DNA of 64,000 nt, taken from NCBI GenBank assembly GCA_951406725.2, contig OX597816.1:17484001-17548000 (forward strand). The letters are read 5' to 3'. Shown here one piece after another: positions 1 through 13,477 of the stretch. Made by a program: the position numbers and the translations under genes. Position 1 is the first letter of the stretch. Each line of letters begins with the position of its first letter. Under the pieces are notes generated by a model, which had not been told where the DNA came from, did no database searches, and worked only from the letters and a program-made list of their open reading frames with translations. Source of the stretch: Octopus vulgaris (lineage: Eukaryota).

Positions 1-98
1 GTGTGCTTTGTCTGAATATTTGAAAGCATAGATATGCCGTTAAAATCGTGACTCGAAACTGTTTTTTTTTTTGGATAATACGGTGTAAAACTTAAATG

Positions 99-509
99 GG
101 ATCTTTTCAGTTTGAACGGCAGTTTTTTCTAGGTGTGTCATATGAAATTGTCACCCATAATTATGACCCTAGTATCGATCTATTGCATTTCAATCTGTTT
201 TAGGGTTAGGAGTTGGGGTAAGGGTATCTTTTTTTCTTCACAAATGTAAATAAATCCAATCTGCTTCTTAAACGAGGGACATATTCATACGGCACATAAT
301 GTTTTTTTACCTCAATAGACGTCAGTGATTGGTTGAAATTGCAGAAACTGAAGAAAAAAACAACAAATATCTTACAAACTATAGAATTTTCTCAATCAAG
401 CTAAGAGAAAAAGATGTTTTATAATCACATTCTACCAGTATACGAAGTTTAAAATTTTTTAGTTACCTAGAAATTATGTTAAAAGCTGCCGTTCAAACCG
501 AAAAGATCC
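99..509. mobile_element. Non-autonomous DNA transposon (MITE) with ~28-bp TIRs and 8-bp TSD
   Basis: GGATCTTTTCAGTTTGAACGGCAGTTTT at 99 and AAAAGCTGCCGTTCAAACCGAAAAGATCC ending 509. CTTAAATG lies on both sides (91-98, 510-517). A second copy is at 23566-23856. Confidence 0.9.
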
Positions 510-1069
510 CTTAAATGTAGTGTTATTGTCTAGACGTACCTTAGTGTAATAAAGAAAATACTTTCAAAAGGCAATAGCCATGGAGATGATAATTATGTAA
601 ATCAATGCAATTCTATGCTGACAAACAGACAAAACATTTGGTTTTGTAGAACTATTTTGAAATGAAATGCTTAACTAAATGCTTCAACTAAAAATATCAC
701 GGCCTTTGGGATTCGTCAGAAAATGAACCGAAATTAAATTTGAAATTCTTCGGAAATGTTTTGTTTTGCATTCAAAATAAAGGCTGTGTTATACCAGACA
801 TATTTCTTGGTTTACCCACACACTTTTTGACATTGCAACAATTAGTATTTTGAATTTTATATGAAAAGCGGTTATTGCGGAGTTTAGACTGCATCCAAAG
901 AGAGACTATTAAATAAATTAAGTGAAATAAAATTACTCATCATAGAAACTATCAAGTTTTTGGTACAAAGACGTACACCGTCTCCTCTTTATATTTGTTC
1001 TACAGATAATTTAACGGCCACTATATTTCTGGAGTAGGCTGGTTTGTGTTATTTCTCGTCAGTCACTTT

Positions 1070-1240
1070 CGACACACACGTATATCGTCTGCCCATCATC
1101 CAAGCTGCGTTCAACCCCTCTAAGTCCCACGCTAAATATTACAGCTCCCTCTACTTAACAACAGCTGTTTTCTGGAATTTTAACACTGCTCACGACTTTT
1201 GCTGCAGGTTCGAACTAATAGCAATTTAAGCGGCATGTTG
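1070..1240 (+). pseudogene. Possible decayed 3' end of a CR1/L2-group LINE ORF2
   Basis: Translation KYYSSLYLTTAVFWN resembles the (Y..SF..RT...WN) C-terminal LINE motif; weak match. Confidence 0.25.
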
Positions 1241-1343
1241 AAAAACAGCAGTTTCACCGGCCTCCGAGGGAAATTATTTCTACAGACCCAGTAAATGAAA
1301 TTATGAATGCTCATATTTGCGAGTGTCAGAAGCCGTAGTTTCT

Positions 1344-1944
1344 TATTTCTTTATTGACCAAAAGGGGCTAAACATAGAGGGGACAAACAAGGTCAGACAA
1401 ACGGATTAAGTCGATTATATCGACCCCAGTGCGTAACTGCTACTTATTTAATCGACCCCGAAAGGATGAAAGGCAAAGTCGACCTCGGCGGAATTTGAAC
1501 TCAGAACGTAAAGACAGACGAAATACCTATTTCTTTACTACCCACAAGGGGCTAATCGCAGAGAGGACAAATAAGGACAGACAAACGGATTAAGTCGATT
1601 ATATCGACCCCAGTGCGTAACTGGTACTTATTTAATCGACCCCGAAAGAATGAAAGGCAAAGTCGTCCTCGGCGGAATTTAAACTCTGAACATAGCGACG
1701 GGCGAAATACCTATTTCTTTACTACCCCACAAGGGACTAAACGCAGAACGAACAAACAAGGACAGGCAAACGGATTAAGTCGATTATATCGACCCCAGTG
1801 CGTAACTGGTACTTAATTTATCGACCCCCGAAAGGATGAAAGGCAAAGTCGACATCGACGGAATTTAAACTCAGAACGTAACGGCAGACGAAATACCGCT
1901 ACGCATTTCACCTCGCGTGTTAACGTTTCTGCTAGCTCGCCGCC
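1344..1944 (-). mobile_element. SINE family A2 (tRNA head, Meta-like core), trimer with one head
   Basis: Three ~185-bp bodies joined at AAGAAATA|GGTATTTC, with one GGCGGCGAGCT head at 1944. TSD AGAAGCYGTAGTTTCT at 1328-1343 and 1954-1969. Confidence 0.9.
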
Positions 1945-2921
1945 ATAAGTGCGAGAAGCTGTAGTTTCTGTAAACATCTCATTAGATGAGACATTTTTAT
2001 GAGCAATCACTCACAGATATAAACTCTGATAATTTCGTACAAATTTACGCCACTGCATACTATTTTAGGATCATCAAACAATTTCACTCTGTTTTTGTTA
2101 TGGCCCAGGATGAATATTCAAGAACGCAAAGTGATTTTCTTGCATGCATAATTATTTTCATATCAGATTCGCTGATTGGTAACGATGATGTTGGCGAAGA
2201 CTAAAGCTTTGAGAAGCAGCGGTTTAGTTATCAAAAGATAGAAATCAATAATATCGAACCGAGTAAATTTACGCTCTTGCATATCGCTTATACTACTAAA
2301 CCGTTTTATTAGACACTCTATTATTCCATAAAAGAATAGAAATAATATTCCTTTTATTCTAATCACAATAGAACCATAGATAAGCTTGTTAAATAGTCCT
2401 AATGCAGAAGACTGCATTTTTTCCCCCCACAATTTCGATTTAGCCCCTTCGCTGCCATTTTTTGACGCAATCTTCATTTGCTTAGATTTCTCTTTTGTAC
2501 AGTTTAGATTAACTTACACGCGCGGAATTTTCATCTCGTATCTTAAAAAATATTTAAAATCCTATTTTCTTCCCTTTATGCTCGATATTTTTTTTTAAAT
2601 GTTATCTATCGTTCATTTTGTTATATGTCCTTTATTTCTCTATACTTTCGTATATTCAATACATATTTTACTCGCTTATTTATACACATCCCCTCCTATC
2701 TTTTTATTATCAAATAAAATCTTTATTTATTGTCAATGTGCATATTTATGTATTCGCATATTTACATATTTGCTAATTCTCTTAATCTCTCTTTTCCCTT
2801 GGTTATAATTTCTTCTTTTCTGAAACCGGTAAAAACACAATCAAGCCAGCCATTTATTTGAATACAACTATATGGTCAACTAATGAGATTATTTTGTCCC
2901 ACATTAATCCCTTTAAAACGC

Positions 2922-2997
<76 letters not shown>

Positions 2998-4381
2998 GTA
3001 TGTATAAATACATGCATGTATTATGAATATTTATTCATATTTATATTTTTACACATATACACACATAAAATAGAATATAATTATATAAATATGAATATAT
3101 ACTTTCATAATACGCGCATATACATTCATATAAATATATATACACAAAATATATGTATGTTCAATATATACTACATGTTTATAAAAATTTGTAAAAATCA
3201 ACCTAGCATGGCCGCGGCCTTCAGGCTAAAAGATTTTAAAGAATTTTAAGGAATTATATGTGTGCATACACATATATGTATGTAGATATATACATTATAG
3301 ATACTCATAGGCGACGTATACATAGAAAATGCGTATATACATATATATGTATATACACCATTCACATTACAGATCTACATCTACCCTATTTGCACCAAAT
3401 CCAGAACTACTTACCTCTTTTACTCATAATCTTTTTACTCAGGGACCAGTAGACCTGACACCATTCATTAATCGGTGTGCATTCAAAGCAATGATTAGTA
3501 ATTTTACAAAACCGGTATGCTTTTGAATCTCTCTAACAATTAACAATAATGACTTTTATTACTTTTATTCCTACCTCAGTTCATCTAATTGTATATATAT
3601 CTATCGTTACTTTTCATAAAAGTCCTTTACTTCTTTTGATTTCCAATGTGCATTTTCACTTATTTTTCTTCTTACTTTCCCCCTACATTTCCACGTGTAG
3701 TTTCTATTTTCTTTCTGTAACATATTTCTGGTTTCCTTTTCTTCCACCTTACTGTCTCCCCCCTCTATCTCTCTCTCATTCTTCATTCTTTCTGGTTTCC
3801 TCACAACCATTCCCTTTTTTCTCTCCTTTTCTCTTGCTCCTCCTCCCTCCCGTCGTTGACAGCGACGAGAGCTCTGCTACTGTCTTTCTGACCTGGCTTC
3901 CTTGAAGTGTTGACGGCATTTTGTGTTGCTCCTTCGCCGTTCTTAAAAATAGCGTTCGTAATACTTTATCTCGCTCGGCTTAACAGCCCTTCTTGTCTTG
4001 TTATTCTCCTTGTCCTGTCTTTTACTGTTTATATTTTTGACTGTCGTTACTGTCATGTTTTTGTTACCATTTTTACTCCTCCGCAAAAAGATCTCAAATT
4101 TTATTTAATTTGCTTTTCGCGGGAAGGAAAGTTTCTATCGAAGATGCGTATCGCCTTCACCTTCGAAACGCAGAGAAGATGAAACCATGGCGACGGAAGA
4201 AGGGGAATTTTCCTTGTGTTATTTGTCCTGTACTCCAGTTTCTTGGTTTTGTGTTTATGTTTTCGCTTCTCATTGTGTTCGACGTTTTTTTGGTGTCCTG
4301 TACCCATATATGCATATATATATAAATGTAGAGATAGGTACGTACATATATGTATATATGCATATATTTTATTTATTAATT

Positions 4382-4434
<53 letters not shown>

Positions 4435-5042
4435 GAGACAATGAGACAATAATATCCTGTGCATGAAGTCAAGATACAAGGTATCTTGATTCAATGTACA
4501 CTATTAATGACTAAATATCTTATTTAGATTAAACTAAAACGCTGGTAGTTATTTTCCATTACATCTTTCTACTATTTAGATCCTGACTCTTATTTAAGCA
4601 TTGCCACTTACCATAGGATATTATAGTAAAATACTCTGATGGTATTTTATCTACTTCTCCAAGACAGTAATTGTTTGTCATTGATATCAAACTATTCTGC
4701 CCTTTTGTGTGTGTCAACTGACACACTGTATGATTAAACGTGTAAAAGTTTTTAATGCAACAACGGCTGACGAAATGAATTCTCACAAAATACGCCATAA
4801 GGTTATATTCCAAAAGTTACCTCGCTGGCACGTCATAGTATGTATTGCATATTTTCTCCCTGTAGTGCAGTTGAAATTCATTTTCGTGCTTTATTAATTC
4901 ACTTGGATGTAAAATTTAGCGCTGGTTAACGGTTGAGATATTGTTTACCGTGAATGATTTAAATATCACGTTTAGATAACCTTGGGTATACTCCTCTGTT
5001 CCTATGCATCTCTTTCTCCCCCCCCCCTTTGTGTCTCTCAGT

Positions 5043-5112
5043 ATATATATATATATCAATATATGTATATATATATATATATATATATCAATATATATAT
5101 ATATTTATATAT

Positions 5113-5155
<43 letters not shown>

Positions 5156-5233
5156 ATATATATATCAATATATATATATATATCAATATATATATATATA
5201 TATATCAATATATATATATATATATATATATAT

Positions 5234-5283
<50 letters not shown>

Positions 5284-5332
5284 TAAATACATACATACAT
5301 ACATACATACATACATACCTACATACATACAT
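5043..5332. repeat. (TA)n/(CATA)n microsatellite, representative of dozens of (TA)n/(CA)n tracts in the window
   Basis: Direct observation. Confidence 0.95.
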
Positions 5333-5792
5333 AACCTCTAATTATTGGGGCCCCGGGATACGTAACACACTGCCTGTATACCTATCTTGAGAAATTAGTC
5401 TTCTCAAAACCAGAAAGGAGAAAGCTAATTCGAAGACTACAGATCCAATCCATCTCTGATACTGTGATAGTCTGTAAAACTTTCCAGAAGTTTATCATTT
5501 AAATATATATGAGCATGTCCTGTCCAGATATGCAACTATATGCACGAGAATACATTCGTAAAAGAAAAGATATAAATCTACACATATACATGCATGCTTA
5601 CATACAATCAAAAATACCCTTTTGTTGATGCCGAAATTTCAATGAACAAACCTTGGATCTAGTTTAGAAACCGGCTCTATTTCTATTGGCAAGAAATCTT
5701 AAAACAAACTGAACAATGACACACACGCACACACACACACATACACATACACGCACATATATACACACACACACATACACATGTAAGGTGTT

Positions 5793-6035
5793 GAAGGCGC
5801 GTGGCCAAGAGGTTAAAGTATTGCAGTCACAATTAATAGCTCTTCGCTGGTAGTTAGCTATAAATGGTTAATCCTGCGACAGAGTAGCTTTCCGATCGGG
5901 AGGCGGGGAAATGTTGGCCTGCTCACCTAGCCAGCGGGGTGGTGTCATTCCAAAGCTAAAACGATGCAAAGCTCACTGTAACTAGCGATGTATAACAGTA
6001 TCTGATAGTCTGGTCGATCACATGATCACACGATG
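5793..6035 (+). mobile_element. tRNA-derived SINE, internally deleted; tail shared with family E
   Basis: Head GAAGGCGCGTGGCC..GGTTA; tail is the reverse complement of 21427-21550. Confidence 0.65.
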
Positions 6036-6407
6036 TATAAGGTGGTTAGAGGAACATCGATCGTAGTAAATATGTCTCTAGCTTCCAGCATTCGATTGAT
6101 TAGTAAGATATTCCATGGGAAAATTAACAAATTAAATAGTTAAATAATCAATTAATAATCTTGCATGCTTCCGTTACAAAATTTGAAAGAATTTTGAAAA
6201 GATAATTATTTCACTCCTCGAAGTTGCAAAAGTTACGTATAGCATGAGGCAAATGTGTACAGATATTAAGAGACAATAGCAGATCATTTTCTGTCATATG
6301 TTTCGGTAGCAAGGCAATTTATTTATTATATGCGTATTATGTCACGGGATACGCCTGTCAGGTCTTCAAGTCACCGGACTGCTTACGTCATACAATTCGA
6401 TTTTTAA

Positions 6408-6620
6408 GGCGGCGAGATAGCAGAAACGTTAGCACGCCGGGTGAAATGCGTAGGGATATTTCGTTTGTCTTTACGTTCTGAGTTCAAATTTCACCGAGGA
6501 CGATTTTGCCGTTCATCCTTTCTGGGTCGATAAATTAAGTACCAGTCGCATACTGGGGTCAATCAAACCGACTGGGCCCCCTCCAGCAAAATTTCGGGCC
6601 TTGTGCTTAGAGTAGAATAG
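6408..6620 (+). mobile_element. SINE family A1 (older tail variant)
   Basis: GGCGGCGAG A-box head, GAGTTCAAATT B-box, core ..CATCCTTTC.GGGTCGATAAATTAAGTACCAG, tail GGCCTTGTGC..GTAGAA. Confidence 0.85.
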
Positions 6621-6741
6621 AATATAATTCGATTTTTTCTTCCTAGTACGGTTTGAACTGCTTTTGTTCGTACTATATATATATATATATGTGTGTGTGT
6701 GTGGATGTGTGTGTGCGTGTGTATGTGTGTATAAATATACA

Positions 6742-6828
<87 letters not shown>

Positions 6829-7037
6829 ATATATATATATGTATGTGTGTATATATTTATGCCTGAGCAAAAATACAATCGCGTAATTCATCATTTTGAA
6901 GTAGACGCATTAATATACGACGGTGTGTGTATATATTCATTTGTCCATGTATACGCATGCAAGCAGCATAATTATGATTCGGATGAACATATATGTATAA
7001 CCATATGCATATACGTTAATATATGTATCTATGTATG

Positions 7038-7119
<82 letters not shown>

Positions 7120-7186
7120 CACGTTCATATGTGTATGTATATACATACATACACATATATATACGCACATACATACATAGATACAT

Positions 7187-7241
<55 letters not shown>

Positions 7242-7925
7242 TACATGTGCAAATAGATACATAAACACATATATATATACATAAGTATATTTGTATACAT
7301 ACACACACACACACACACATATATATATATGTATATACATACATACACATACGTTCATATATACATATACATACACACATACATATACATACATACACAC
7401 ATATATATATCAATGGCTTATTCGTGCATATAAAATACATGTATATACGCAAAATGCAATAATACGCACAGATACGACCACACACGTACACAGAATCACA
7501 ACTGCACAGATGCCCAACCAAATACACGTGGGACATAGATGCAGATAAAAACAGAGTAACGGACTATTTACTCAGAACTGATCGGTTATCATGTAAATCT
7601 GAGATGGCTATGTGTCACGGTGGCTATCAACTGCGATGCATTGGTGGTAACTCATCTATCTTATTCTCTAGTCGACAAATTTGCTAATGCCTCCACTTGT
7701 AGATGATAGCCGTATGTAATGCTGTAATGAATATTATGTAGATGCTGATAAGAAATGTAATCTGGATTGGCTTAAAAGGTTATAAATCACAAGAAAATAA
7801 TTGAACTGCACCATGCCATGAAATAAATAATATATAAATATATATATATATTTCTCATTTTTTATCCTTCAATTGTTATTTTAACATGGGTAATCTTACA
7901 GAGATATATTTTCACTCACATATTC

Positions 7926-8479
<554 letters not shown>

Positions 8480-9051
8480 GGATGAATGAATATGTGAGTG
8501 AAAAATATATTTATGTCAGATTACCCATGTTAAAATAACAATTGAAGGATAAAAAATGAGAAATGGTCGAGAGACAGGGTGATAGAAAGGACAGACATTT
8601 GAGTTGTAGGGGTGGTAGGATTGAGAGAAGGAATATGAGATACAGAGTGAATTCAAAGCAAAGAGGGGAATAGAGGGGGTGAAGAAATAAGGGGTCGGGT
8701 TAGGGAGAGTGAGAAGAGAAATCAGAAAGACACATGTAGCATTAATAAGAGAATTCTTTGAGGGTGACGAAGAAGAAAAATTCGTACAGACTGTGTAAAT
8801 GCCATGGGTGTGAAGCAAAGATATATGTATGCATGAATGCACCTACAGACCACGCGCGCGCACGCACAAGCACGTACATAGACGTAAATGCATAAATATA
8901 TGTATGTATATATATACATATACTTACAGAATACAACCATACAAACATAAATACATACATACTGTTCCTTATAGTATGTAAGGCGACCTGTTAAGGCTCA
9001 CCTCTTTTGTGTTTAAATGTACACTAATTTTTATATATATATGTGCATAAA

Positions 9052-9116
<65 letters not shown>

Positions 9117-9121
9117 TTATA

Positions 9122-9863
9122 CTAGCAGAGATACCCGGCGTTGCCCGTGTTACATACAATTGAAGAATTAGACTTTTCTGTTATAATTTCGAATCCGCTT
9201 TGTGACGCTCTATTTGCTGCCAACAACCGGTAAAGGGTGGGCTACGGATGCCTTGGCTGATGATGCGCAGGCACCCGCAGAGGATGAGGCATCTGTGGCT
9301 TCATCTGGATGGTCATCGAGCGTGGTCTCCGCTGGCGAAACAGTTGTTTCTCAAGTTCACTTACTTCGGTGTATTGGAGATCTGGTTCTATCGTAGATCG
9401 AAGTTGTGTACATGGTGTACGAAGTGTCATAAGGCTCTCCGGATATTCGATCTCTCGGGCAATACCTGCGGTAGTGGTTCTACCACATTCTTCTATAGAG
9501 GGTTGGTAGAGGCGAAATGTGACGATAGCTTGGGGAAGCCCGAGGTCTCGACAATAATCAGCTGGCCAATCTGTTCCATCGTACATTCGGGCCGAAGACA
9601 CTGGATAACTTCCAGACGTCTTTGGCATGGCAATGTTACCGAGGAGCCTTACCCGTCCGGGACAAACTCGCAATCATGGTGGCCCTAACCCAATATGTGG
9701 GCGAGTCAGGGAAACCGTCCCGCATGCTATTGTTCAGTGTTCGGTGGTTTCAGATGTGTGGGTTTATGCCGAACAACTAAGCGTACAGTTATCGACTGAG
9801 TCAATAGTAAAAATTGACACAGAGAGACAAACACACATTCTCAGTCTTATATATAGAGAGAGA
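9122..9863 (-). mobile_element. Non-autonomous Helitron
   Basis: Minus strand reads A|TCTCTCTCTATATATAAG at the 5' end and hairpin CGGGCAACGCCGGG..CTAG|T at the 3' end; AT insertion site. Confidence 0.8.
9200..9815 (+). pseudogene. L1/Tx1-clade LINE ORF2 internal fragment (post-RT region and zf-RVT-like CCHC)
   Basis: Frameshifted translation: CCQQPVKGGLRMPWL ... [15 protein letters not shown] ... [24 protein letters not shown]. Confidence 0.8.
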
Positions 9864-9951
9864 TATGCATATATATACGTACATATATATATATATATAT
9901 ATATAAATATATATATATGCAGAAATATATATATATGCATATATATATATA

Positions 9952-9992
<41 letters not shown>

Positions 9993-10005
9993 ATATATAT
10001 ATATA

Positions 10006-10041
<36 letters not shown>

Positions 10042-10071
10042 TATATATATATATACACACACACATTATAT

Positions 10072-10134
<63 letters not shown>

Positions 10135-10188
10135 TATATATATATATATATATATGCAAAAATATATATATATGCATATATATATATA

Positions 10189-10233
<45 letters not shown>

Positions 10234-10244
10234 ATATATATATA

Positions 10245-10282
<38 letters not shown>

Positions 10283-10709
10283 TATATGTGCATATATACA
10301 CATCCATTCATACGGAGATATAGAATAACTGAGAAACAAAATATGGAAAGAGAAAGAAATAGATAAGTATATATATATATATATATATTGATACGGAAGG
10401 AGAGATGGAGAAAGGGATGGAAAGGGTGAGAAAGAGAGGAGAGGGAGAGAGAGACAGAGAAACACAGAGAGAGAGAGAGAAAGAGAGAAAGAACTTATGT
10501 TTGAGTTAAGAAGTTTGAAGGAAAACATTTGATTCTGTCGAAGGAAATGGATTGTTGGTCTATTTAATAGAACTCATTTCTGGAACTGGGATACAGAGAA
10601 CGGAGACGACAACAGTGTCAAGAGCAACAACAACAACAACAACTACAGCTAACAGATGCATCAGAAGCAAAATGTACCAGTGATAATAATGAAAATGATA
10701 TTAACAAGA

Positions 10710-10725
10710 ATGAAGATGATGACGG

Positions 10726-10774
<49 letters not shown>

Positions 10775-11455
10775 ATTAATGACAATAGAGATAATAATAA
10801 CGATTACAACAGCAACATCAATAAAGATGATGACGGCGACGATGATGATGATGATGAGACGACGATTTTGATGATGACGATGACGACGATAGTGACGAAG
10901 GTGATGATGATGACGATGACCATGTCGATGATGATTATGATGACGATGACGATGATGATTATGGTGAGGATGATGATGATGATGAGACGACGATGGTGAC
11001 GAAGATGATGACGATGATGATGATGATGATTATGAGACGACGATTATGATGATGACGATGACCATGACGACGATGATGATGAAGATAATGATGACGACGA
11101 TGATGATGACGATGATGATGATTATGGTGAGGACGATGATGATGATGATGAGACGACGATTATGATGATGACAATGACGACGATGATGATGATGATGAAG
11201 ATGATGATGATAATGTTGATGACGATGATGATGAAAACATCAATAACAAGAACAATAGCAGCAACATTATTATTAATAATAATAATAATCATAATAATAA
11301 TAATAACAATGATAATAATAATGATAATAATAATAATGATGATGATGATAATAGCAATACTAGTAACAGAAGCATCATTACCATCACCACCACCACCAGC
11401 ACCAGCACCACCATCATCATCATCATCATCATCATCACCATCATCATCATCATCT
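10710..11455. repeat. (GAT/GAC)n, (AAT)n and (CAT)n trinucleotide tracts
   Basis: Direct observation. Confidence 0.95.
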
Positions 11456-11984
11456 ACTGCAGTGGTAAACAAAAAAAACATATTGCTTTCTGCCATGCAG
11501 AAAAAAAAAAGAAAAACAGAAAAAAACAAGAAGAGAAACAAAAACAACAGCGAAAATAACACAACAGCAACAACAACAATAACAACAAAAACAACAAACA
11601 TAGCCATTAATGTCATTCGGTGACATTCCAGGAGTAAAGAGTAAAAAAAAACAAAACAAATGCAATGATTCTGGATATATTTGTATTAGTTTTCTGCAAC
11701 AGAAATAAATGCGAAAATAAAACAAAAAATAACAAAAGAATAATAAAAAAAAAAAAACAGAAAAAAATGGATGGAAAATAAAATAAAAATAACAAAAAAA
11801 AAAGGACAAAAAATGAAAAAAAAAAATGGATGGAAAGTATAAAACAAAAAATAGAAAAAAAAACGGATGGAAAGTAAAAAAAAAAAAGCAAGTGAAACGG
11901 ATCAATATACTGATTAAGTAATGGATCGTATATCAATTGTTATTTGTCATCATGTACAGCATCATCCGCATCGTGAATGTCACC

Positions 11985-12007
11985 ATCGCCGTCGTCGTCG
12001 TCGTCGC

Positions 12008-12039
<32 letters not shown>

Positions 12040-12285
12040 GTATCCTCTTCCTCCTCCTTATAATCATCATAGGTATCATCTTCATCATCGTCGTCGTCGC
12101 CGTCATCATCATCATCCTCGTCATCATTATCCTCATCATCATCATCATTGCAGTCATCATCATCATCATCGTCATCAGTATCCTCCTCCTCCTTATAATC
12201 ATCATAGGTATCATCTTCTTCATCGTCGTCGTCGCCGTCATCATCATCATCGTCATCATTATCTTCATCATCATCTTCATTGCAG

Positions 12286-12317
<32 letters not shown>

Positions 12318-12442
12318 GTCATCATCATTGCAGTCATCATCATCATCATCATCATCATCGTCATCATTATCCTCCTCCTCATCATCGTCATCATCGTCAT
12401 CATCTTTACGGGTATCATCATCATCGTCGTCATCGTCATCGC

Positions 12443-12495
<53 letters not shown>

Positions 12496-13000
12496 GTATC
12501 CTCCTCCTCCTTATAATCATCATAGGTATCATCTTCATCATCGTTGTCGTGGCCGTCATCATCATCGTCGTCATTATCCTCCTCCTCGTCGTCGTCATCA
12601 TCATCATCATCATCATCATTGTCGTCATCATCATCATCGTCATCATCTTTACGGGTATCATCATCATCATCATCTTTACGGGTATCATCATCATCATCGA
12701 CGTCGTCATCGTCGTCATCGTCATCATCGTCATCATCGTCATCGTCATTATCATCGTGATCATCCTCGTCATGGTAGTCGTCGTCGTCATTGTCCTCCTC
12801 CTCCTCATCATCATCATCAACATCATCATCATCGTCATGAGCATCACCATCACCATCATCATCGCCATGGACATCATCATCCTCAACCTCAACACCCGTC
12901 GCCTCCTTCTCCTGCTCCTGCTCCTACTCCTCCCTTCAACCTCTTCCCTCTCCTCCTCCTCATTATCATCACCATCACCATCACCATCACCACTACCATC
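11985..13000. repeat. Degenerate (CAT/CGT/CCT)n array with higher-order duplicated blocks
   Basis: Block CAGTATCCT..CCTTATAATCATCATAGGTATCATCTT occurs three times; TTTACGGGTATCATC occurs three times. Confidence 0.9.
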
Positions 13001-13477
13001 CATCCAAATTCAATGCAATGCTTTTCCCCCCCCACCTCTTCTTCTGCCGGGTTTTGCTTGCATTAATAAGAGACTGACAACACTCAAATGCTGATCACCC
13101 TTACCAACTGTTGAATTAATAGGTTATTTGCGAGAACATATGTGTGCTTAGCTATAGCTGTCCAACCTTCTCGTTGTAACGGTCACATTATTCTCATTAG
13201 CTTGTCCTCTGTGGTATCTTTAAAATGTGTGGAATTCAGTTTAAACACATGCATTAAATTTTTAAACTTTAGGATAGCTTAATCTCTTAAAAGAGAATAC
13301 AGAGACAGTCAGAAAATCTCCACAAAGGCGTCATTTTATCAGTAAACTTAATTCTTTTTTCACTGCTATGGCAGACTAGACCAGTTTTTATGGACAACGA
13401 AAGTTGCGATATATCTCTGCATAAGAAAGTATGATGGAAGCTGCAACATGCCGATATCACTGTTTGTACCACCATAA

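Noticed and set aside
198-226. Interstitial telomere
   Set aside because: Only one exact TTAGGG unit plus degenerate ones, inside a MITE
1344-1944. A2 multimers as hammerhead retrozymes
   Set aside because: No CUGANGA..GAAA core found on either strand of the unit
4133-4180. Hammerhead-like TCGAAGATG..CGAAACGC
   Set aside because: Core, stem II and cleavage triplet are all non-canonical; cannot be supported
4459-4502. Short hairpins (also 26824-26863 and 28310-28343) as miRNA precursors
   Set aside because: Stems too short or loops atypical; no recognisable mature miRNA
11921-13094. 381-aa His-rich and 385-aa Ile-rich ORFs
   Set aside because: Overlapping open frames produced by a (CAT)n array; no signal peptide, splice context or non-repetitive domain
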